Of a stretch of DNA of 32,000 bases, positions 26,332 to 32,000 are shown in pieces. The stretch comes from Candidatus Hadarchaeales archaeon (GTDB lineage Archaea; Hadarchaeota; Hadarchaeia; Hadarchaeales; Hadarchaeaceae). Position numbers and translations under genes: made by a program. The notes beneath the pieces were generated by a model. The model saw only the letters and a list, made by a program, of their open reading frames with translations. It did not search any database and was not told the DNA's origin. Numbering within the stretch: position 1 is the stretch's first letter; each line of letters opens with the position of its first letter. The stretch spans positions 120,001 to 152,000 of the forward strand of contig JAWBCC010000001.1 in the NCBI GenBank assembly GCA_038823825.1, read 5' to 3'.

Positions 26332-29300
26332 GTGACGTTGAAAAAAATCTTTCCTGCATTTGTTTTTTTGGCGCTTTTCTTTATGGCGCCATTTGCTTCT
26401 TCGTCTAAAATTTTGGACGTTGGAGCGGCTGCTTCACCTTCGACATATCGGGCGCCCGATTGGGTAATGAACGCAGTTTTTTATCAGATAATGGTCGACC
26501 GTTTTTACAACGGAGACCCGTCTAATGATCCGGACAATAACACCCTTCTCCTTCGCTCCTGGACTAATATAAACGGTGTCACTTTCCCAGATCTCTATGC
26601 TAGAAAAATGCGCTGGACGGAGGATGTTGAAACAAACGTACTCTGGCCGGACGATTATGGAAACTTGAGATATGCACCTACACTCGGAAGAGACTATTAT
26701 GGCGGCGATTTCAAGGGGATAATGGACAAACTTCCTTATCTTGAGAATCTCGGAATAACAGCAATATACTTTAATCCGATTCATGACGGTCCGCACTTCC
26801 ACGGTTATACGGTTGAAAACTATGAATCAGCCAACAAGTTTTATGGCGGGCTCGACATGTTCAAACAAATGCTCTCCGCGCTAAAGGAGAAGGGAATAAG
26901 GGTGATTCTTGACGGTGTGTTCAACCACACGAGTTGTACACATCCATGGTTTGACCGCGAAAATAGATTCCCAGATTATCTGGGTGCATACGAAAGTCAA
27001 AATTCACCATATTTCAGTTGGTACAAATTTTGGCAATGGCCTCTGAACTATGAGGGATGGAACAATTTTTCTCATGTTCCGCAGCTCCAACTTACTGAAG
27101 GATACAAAGACTACCTTTACCGAAGTTCAAACAGTCTGTTGAAATACTGGAACGATATAGGAATAGACGGCTGGCGTCTCGATGTCGCCATGCAGATGAA
27201 AGATAGATTTGGCTGGGCGTTCTGGCGGGAATTCAGTCAAGCCTTCAGCCAGCTGAATTCAGAGGGATACCTCGTCGCGGAACCAGACCATGGAACGGCA
27301 GCTCAGCCAGATTACGTTACTCAGGGTTACCTAGACGGCGTCATGAACTATGCTTGGATGCACGCGGTTATAGACTGGGTTAATGGAACGGCTAGTCCGA
27401 GCAGCTTCGCGGGGAGACTGGAGTACATAAAGAATGCATATCCGGCAGATGCTTTCTACACACAGCTTAACATTCTGAGTTCGCATGACGATCACAGACT
27501 GAGAACGCGTGTTGGTGGAAGAATTGACAGGGTTAAGCTTGCCGTGATTTTCCAGATGACATACCCAGGCGCCCCGTGCATATGGTATGGGGATGAGGTC
27601 GGGATGACGAGCGACTATCCGAGGGGGAGTGGAACAGTCAGAGATGCGGATCCGTTTACTAGAAGACCGTTCCCCTGGCCAGAGCTAGGATACCCGGTCC
27701 CTGAACAACCAGACGTTCCGAACTGGGATATCTTCAGGCACTACCAAAACTTGATTTCGATAAGAAAGAGTTATCAAGTCCTTAGAACTGGAACGGTCGA
27801 GACTCTGATGACGGATGATGGTAAGAAGATTTTGGCACTATTCCGAAAACTTCCAAATCCAAGTTTAACAAAATATTCGAACTGGAGAACTGAATATGCG
27901 GTTCTCGTCTACAACAGTGGCGCTTCCCCGCAGAGCGTTACTCTCAATCTCACCGGAAAAGTTCCCAATGGTACGGAGCTCGTCGATGTTCTAAATGGAA
28001 ATCGAAAGTATACGGTAACAAACGGAACTGTTTCGCTAACTGTCGAAAACATGTGGGCAGCGATTCTGGTTTACACATCAAACCAACCACCGGTTGCAGA
28101 TTTCACGTTTTCTCCCACTTCTCCCGCTCCAGGTGAAACCGTGCAGTTTACTGATAACTCGAGAGATCCAGATGGGACAATAGTTTCCTGGCTATGGGAT
28201 TTTGGCGACGGGACTTCGAGCACCCAGCGTAATCCAACAAAGGTCTATACAGCATCCGGAACATACACAGTAAAGCTGACGGTGACTGACGATGGAGGCG
28301 CGAGCGCGACAGTCTCCAAATTGGTGGTTGTGTCAGAAGCTCCGGCGCCACCTCCGGGAGTCAAGCCAACAACCTTAACAATAGATCCTACCTCCTTTTC
28401 GCTAGCTTCAGGAGCTTCGAGAACTCTGATGGCGATTTTGAAGGATAACGAAAACAATCCGGTCGCAGGAAAGACGATTTTGTGGTCGGCAACTGTCGGG
28501 AGCATATCGTCCTCCTCCGTCACAGATTCAAACGGAATGGCTGCCGCAACCTACACGGCCCCATCTGTTACCGCTCAAACTTCAGTGACCATTACCGCAA
28601 CTTTTCAAGGTGACAGTCAGTATGCTTCATCAACCGGTCAAAGCATTGGAAGCATCTCGCCCATATCGGCTCAGTTGAGTCTGAGACCAATACCATCCAC
28701 TATAGCGGGTTCTGACATTATACTCAGCGGGGTGGTCGAAGATCAAGCCGGTAATCCTATACCAGGAGCATCTTTGAAAGTTCTCATAAATGGTCAGGTC
28801 GTTCAGACGGCAACGGCTGGTGGAGATGGAAGTTTCAGCATAGCCGTCACACTTCCTCCTGGCTCAAGCAGTCTAAGGCTAGAAGCCTACAGCGGAGAAG
28901 GAGAACTTCTTGCGTCATTCTCCCAAAATGTTACAACTTCTGCTGAATATTCTCCACCCACGGGAATTGACAGTGGAATGATTGTAACATATGGCAGTAT
29001 TCTTTCTGCGATCGGCTTGGCAATAGGTGTTCTTATCGGCAAAATCCGGATAACGGGCAAACTCTTCTCACTAATTTTTGCAGTCTTTCTTCTGCTTTCT
29101 TTGGTTCATACAGTTCCAGTCAATGCGCCCACTAGGACCGTTGATGGTTCTCCAGCCGACTGGACTGGCACCCCGCCAACAACTGTAAACACGTTTACTG
29201 TTTCCGCCGGGGAATTCATATGGAAGGATGCGCAAGGCGACGAGCGTACAGACCTGAATAATTGGCAACCGGATAGAAGAGTGGATCTTTTAGAGTTCAG

Positions 29301-32000
29301 AATCACTGCCGATACACAATATATATACTTCATGGCAAAAATGGTCGATATCGACATAGAATCTGGAAGTGGAGCTCCGTGTGTCCAAGTTGCAGTGGAT
29401 ACCGATAGGATAGCCGGATCAGGGGAGAACTGGTTTGGTGGATGGTCAGACACAGCGACGAGCAACTCCGCGCGTTGGGAGCGTCTGATTATGACGAGAT
29501 TTGGGAGCGGATCACAGAGGGTTTATGTGTTTAATACAAGTTGGGTGGATCAGGCGACATCAGATGACACTCAAGCGATATCTGCCCAAAATGAAACAAT
29601 CGAGTTCAGAGTTGGATGGGCGAGACTTGGAGTTTCGCCACCTTGCACCCTGAGGTTCACGGTGATAACTCACAGACAGAATACCGACGACAATTCTGTG
29701 GACATTTCTAATACCTCCGATGCTCTTGATGCGATAACAACAACCGGACCAACCACTTGGAACGAGGTCCAAGATCAAATAGTCGATTATTATTTTGACG
29801 TGAGTTTTGCTTCGAATGGCGAGGTCGTAGGATCTGTCCCTGTAGGCGCTTCAATAGATAGCGATATCTGGTGGGAGGGCGTTTTACATGATCAAGACAA
29901 TTCCTTCTACTTCTCACCCCAAGGGGAAACGACAGTACTCCCCCCATTGCTTGATAGAGGAAGGCGCATTCTATATGATCAAAACGTAACTGTCAGGCTT
30001 AGAACAAATGAGAACGACCTGAGCGAAGTTTGGCTTAGAATCTGGTGGGAGAACATTTATGAAAACAATGTTGTTGAAAATGCCGCCGTGAGATATCGGA
30101 TGTCAAAAGAAAGCTCGGATGGGACGTACGAATACTGGGTTACCACAATTCCCGCTCCGGGAAGGCCGGCAAGAATGTGGTATAGGTTCTATCTCGTTGA
30201 CAACGGCGGAACGGGCACATACAGCTGGGACATCTGGCAAAATCCGGTGAATATAGGAACGCAGGTGGACATCGATAGTTACGCCGATGACACTTTTCCG
30301 AGGAACGGAGGAACAGGAAAAATGTATGATTTTCCGCAAACTAGAACGGAGAGCACAGTTCAGCCTGTGGACAACTATGACTTCATGATCATCTTTTACG
30401 AAAACATACCGCCAGCCGCTGTTTCTCTTATTTCGCCAGAGAACGACGCTTTGCTGACATCGGTTCCGACCTTACGCTGGACGGCGTCAGTAGATCCGCA
30501 ACCATCCTCCGGTCTCGGATATCGCCTTCAGATTTCTAAAGTTTCCGACTTTTCCACAACTGTTGTTGATATATATGTGAAAGAAAACTCTTATCAGCCG
30601 AGCATCGGAGAAGGAGTATACTTCTGGAGGGTTAGAGCAGAAGACTATGATGGAAACGCGAGCAACTGGTCGGAGGTCAGACGCTTTCGGCTAGATCTCG
30701 GACCACCACCGGCTCCAACGCCGATTTCTCCGCCCGATAACTTCTGCACAAAAGAAAATCGAATAACCTTAAGCTGGACGAGAGTTCCGGATGCATCAGA
30801 GCCGGTTCTGTATCGTGTCGCTCTGAGTGATGATGCAGGTTTTCCATACGAAAACTTCACATCCGGCTGGGTCATGGAGAATAGCTGGCAGGTTGAGCTT
30901 CCCGAGGGAATATGGTACTGGAGAGTTTGCGCGAAGGACAACCTCGACCAGATCGGTGAGAATTCCGTGACCAAAAGATTTATCGTCGACATTACTCCAC
31001 CACAACCACCAGAGATCTTGTATCCTGAAAATGGTGAAAGCGTGAATGTGAGGAGACCAACACTCAGATGGTCGACTGTGACCGACGTAAGCATGCCTGT
31101 GACGTACGATCTTCAACTGAGTGGCTCCCCAACTTTCTCTACCCTTATCGTAGACAATTCTGGTCTCACGGAGAACTCGTATACTCTCACAATCGACCTA
31201 GAGGAAAGGGTTTACTACTGGAGAGTGAGAGCGAAGGACAATGCCGGAAATCTGAGTGATTGGGTTGTGTCCTCTTTCATTGTTGATCTCACGGCGCTAC
31301 CAGCCCCCACGGGCCTCTCCCCCACGGGTTTCATCAACACGAAAAGACCGCAGTTCCGTTGGTCTCCTGTACAAAGCATTTTTGATGTGGTGTACATCTT
31401 TGAACTCGATGATAGCCAAGACTTCTCAAGTCCTCTCGTGGTCGAAAACGCTCTAACAGATACTTCTTACCAGCTTCAGTTTGATCTATCAGATGGAAAA
31501 TATTATTGGAGGGTAAGAGCGAAGACAGAATTAAAAACGGGACCAGCGGCCAGCGCATCCTTTACGGTAGATACTATACCCCCATCAGCTCCAGAGATTT
31601 TGACATCCTTGCCGGCCAGCACTAGGGTTAGGAGATGGATGATAGTTGGAACAGCGGAGGCGAATGCAACCGTTCAGTGTTTTGTTAACGATTCCCTAGT
31701 TGCGGAAAATGTGGCAGAGAATGGAAGCTTCACGCTGTGGGTTACCTTCCAACTCGGACAGAATAGCGTAAAGTTCAGAGCCGTTGACAGAGCAGGAAAC
31801 GCGAGCGTCTTTACGTCTTCGATCGGAATTAAGGTTACCGGAGGACTCGGAATTCGTCTGACTGCAGACCGACTCCAAGCAGGAGTTGAGCGTGCCTTCG
31901 CACTAGTCGGATATCAAACAAGCATTCAAGAAATAAGAGTGAAGACAAATAAGGATGTCGCTGCTCCGGCGATTTACGTCGAAGAGCTTATGCCCTGGGA
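26332..32000 (+). CDS. Giant secreted multidomain alpha-glucan-active protein (partial, 3' end beyond the window): signal peptide, GH13 catalytic domain, PKD, 2 Ig-like domains, TM hairpin, binding-module-like domain, Alpha-amylase_N/CBM34-like domain, 4 FN3-like repeats, Ig-like domain
   Basis: Frame +1 has no stop from the TAA at 26326-26328 to nt 32000 (1889 codons, verified by hand). GH13 regions: FYQIMVDRFYNGDPSND, VILDGVFNH, GIDGWRLDVA, YLVAEP, LSSHDD. PKD domain (28096-28332): WDFGDGTSS..GTYTVKLTVTDDGG. The ORF is missing from the supplied track. The start codon is uncertain (GTG 26332 or TTG 26338). Confidence 0.88.
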   Translation, partial: MTLKKIFPAFVFLALFFMAPFASSSKILDVGAAASPSTYRAPDWVMNAVFYQIMVDRFYNGDPSNDPDNNTLLLRSWTNINGVTFPDLYARKMRWTEDVETNVLWPDDYGNLRYAPTLGRDYYGGDFKGIMDKLPYLENLGITAIYFNPIHDGPHFHGYTVENYESANKFYGGLDMFKQMLSALKEKGIRVILDGVFNHTSCTHPWFDRENRFPDYLGAYESQNSPYFSWYKFWQWPLNYEGWNNFSHVPQLQLTEGYKDYLYRSSNSLLKYWNDIGIDGWRLDVAMQMKDRFGWAFWREFSQAFSQLNSEGYLVAEPDHGTAAQPDYVTQGYLDGVMNYAWMHAVIDWVNGTASPSSFAGRLEYIKNAYPADAFYTQLNILSSHDDHRLRTRVGGRIDRVKLAVIFQMTYPGAPCIWYGDEVGMTSDYPRGSGTVRDADPFTRRPFPWPELGYPVPEQPDVPNWDIFRHYQNLISIRKSYQVLRTGTVETLMTDDGKKILALFRKLPNPSLTKYSNWRTEYAVLVYNSGASPQSVTLNLTGKVPNGTELVDVLNGNRKYTVTNGTVSLTVENMWAAILVYTSNQPPVADFTFSPTSPAPGETVQFTDNSRDPDGTIVSWLWDFGDGTSSTQRNPTKVYTASGTYTVKLTVTDDGGASATVSKLVVVSEAPAPPPGVKPTTLTIDPTSFSLASGASRTLMAILKDNENNPVAGKTILWSATVGSISSSSVTDSNGMAAATYTAPSVTAQTSVTITATFQGDSQYASSTGQSIGSISPISAQLSLRPIPSTIAGSDIILSGVVEDQAGNPIPGASLKVLINGQVVQTATAGGDGSFSIAVTLPPGSSSLRLEAYSGEGELLASFSQNVTTSAEYSPPTGIDSGMIVTYGSILSAIGLAIGVLIGKIRITGKLFSLIFAVFLLLSLVHTVPVNAPTRTVDGSPADWTGTPPTTVNTFTVSAGEFIWKDAQGDERTDLNNWQPDRRVDLLEFRITADTQYIYFMAKMVDIDIESGSGAPCVQVAVDTDRIAGSGENWFGGWSDTATSNSARWERLIMTRFGSGSQRVYVFNTSWVDQATSDDTQAISAQNETIEFRVGWARLGVSPPCTLRFTVITHRQNTDDNSVDISNTSDALDAITTTGPTTWNEVQDQIVDYYFDVSFASNGEVVGSVPVGASIDSDIWWEGVLHDQDNSFYFSPQGETTVLPPLLDRGRRILYDQNVTVRLRTNENDLSEVWLRIWWENIYENNVVENAAVRYRMSKESSDGTYEYWVTTIPAPGRPARMWYRFYLVDNGGTGTYSWDIWQNPVNIGTQVDIDSYADDTFPRNGGTGKMYDFPQTRTESTVQPVDNYDFMIIFYENIPPAAVSLISPENDALLTSVPTLRWTASVDPQPSSGLGYRLQISKVSDFSTTVVDIYVKENSYQPSIGEGVYFWRVRAEDYDGNASNWSEVRRFRLDLGPPPAPTPISPPDNFCTKENRITLSWTRVPDASEPVLYRVALSDDAGFPYENFTSGWVMENSWQVELPEGIWYWRVCAKDNLDQIGENSVTKRFIVDITPPQPPEILYPENGESVNVRRPTLRWSTVTDVSMPVTYDLQLSGSPTFSTLIVDNSGLTENSYTLTIDLEERVYYWRVRAKDNAGNLSDWVVSSFIVDLTALPAPTGLSPTGFINTKRPQFRWSPVQSIFDVVYIFELDDSQDFSSPLVVENALTDTSYQLQFDLSDGKYYWRVRAKTELKTGPAASASFTVDTIPPSAPEILTSLPASTRVRRWMIVGTAEANATVQCFVNDSLVAENVAENGSFTLWVTFQLGQNSVKFRAVDRAGNASVFTSSIGIKVTGGLGIRLTADRLQAGVERAFALVGYQTSIQEIRVKTNKDVAAPAIYVEELMPW
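28978..29127 (+). other. Internal TM hairpin: an anchor-like TM (MIVTYGSILSAIGLAIGVLIG), the basic loop KIRITGK, and a signal-peptide-like segment (LFSLIFAVFLLLSLVHTVPVNA) inside the giant ORF
   Basis: Two hydrophobic stretches of about 15-21 residues are separated by a loop with three positive charges. The second ends in V-N-A followed by Pro. Confidence 0.6.
30409..31578 (+). repeat. Four tandem protein-level repeats (98, 98, 99 and 95 aa) of an FN3-like beta-sandwich module inside the giant ORF
   Basis: Unit boundaries are 30409, 30703, 30997, 31294 and 31578. Each unit carries P-x-L-(R/S)-W near its start, and then (Y/W/F)-(Y/F)-W-R-V-(R/C)-A-(K/E)-(D/T) and, in three of the four units, G-(N/E)-x-S. 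Each ends in F-x-(V/L)-D followed by a Pro-rich linker. The DNA copies are strongly diverged. Confidence 0.7.

Noticed and set aside
19923-29061. PGF-CTERM/archaeosortase or LPXTG-type sorting signals at the C-terminal anchors of the surface proteins
   Set aside because: The anchors are plain hydrophobic helices with basic tails (..ILKILLSLR, ..VALMKRK, ..VLIGKIR). None has a PGF tripeptide, a Thr/Ser-rich pre-anchor linker of the PGF-CTERM type, or an LPXTG motif.
30409-31578. Reading the ~294-nt periodicity as a DNA tandem repeat, a CRISPR-like array or an assembly artefact
   Set aside because: The units are conserved only at protein-motif level and their codons are strongly diverged. The region is in frame within a long ORF. 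There are no identical direct repeats or spacers.
26434-31878. About a dozen minus-strand ORFs of 60-149 aa and two short + strand, out-of-frame ORFs (31068..31259, 31256..31456) in the track, for example 26434..26802, 28245..28523, 29106..29465, 30645..31094 and 30796..31116
   Set aside because: All lie antisense to, or out of frame with, the uninterrupted + strand frame-1 ORF, whose translation carries clear GH13, PKD and FN3-like motifs. Their own translations are low-complexity, rich in Arg, Ser and Cys, and have no recognisable motifs. They are shadow ORFs.
1-32000. tRNA or rRNA genes, CRISPR arrays, transposases or integrases, toxin-antitoxin or defence-system genes
   Set aside because: No non-coding gap exceeds about 115 nt, which leaves no room for structured RNA genes. 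None of the translated ORFs shows nuclease, integrase, transposase or known defence-system motifs that I could recognise.

Overview
This 32 kb window is archaeal: it encodes TATA-binding protein, the proteasome-activating nucleotidase PAN, aTrm56 and a Dph6-like ligase. It is very compact. The largest intergenic gap is about 115 nt, eight same-strand gene pairs overlap by ATGA, and four convergent pairs overlap at their 3' ends. I saw no tRNA, rRNA, CRISPR array, transposase or integrase.

Nt 1-15800 holds mostly housekeeping genes: a CDF transporter, an HDAC-family deacetylase, a Dph6-like ligase, a TctA/DUF112 permease, a gamma-CA-like protein, a radical SAM protein, tbp, hflX-trm56, a transglutaminase-like surface protein, pan and gatB. 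One pair here is odd: a ThiI-like protein and an EPSP-synthase-fold protein, coupled by an ATGA overlap, both appear to have lost their canonical catalytic motifs.

Nt 15829-32000 is an alpha-glucan (starch/maltodextrin) utilisation island. It contains a MalEFG-like ABC operon, a divergent MalK-like ATPase and three very large predicted cell-surface proteins:
- a 1422-aa GH57 + amylo-alpha-1,6-glucosidase (GDE_C-like) fusion;
- a 683-aa apparently non-catalytic protein with two glucodextranase-C-like modules;
- a giant GH13-containing ORF on the + strand (26332 to beyond 32000, at least 1889 codons). The supplied ORF track does not list it, apparently because it has no in-window stop. I checked its frame codon by codon and found no stop.

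In the middle of the giant ORF, a C-terminal-anchor-like TM segment is joined in frame, with no stop or start codon, to a signal-peptide-like segment. This looks like a fusion of two secreted proteins.

All family calls rest on motifs recognised by eye and from memory. No HMM or BLAST search was possible.
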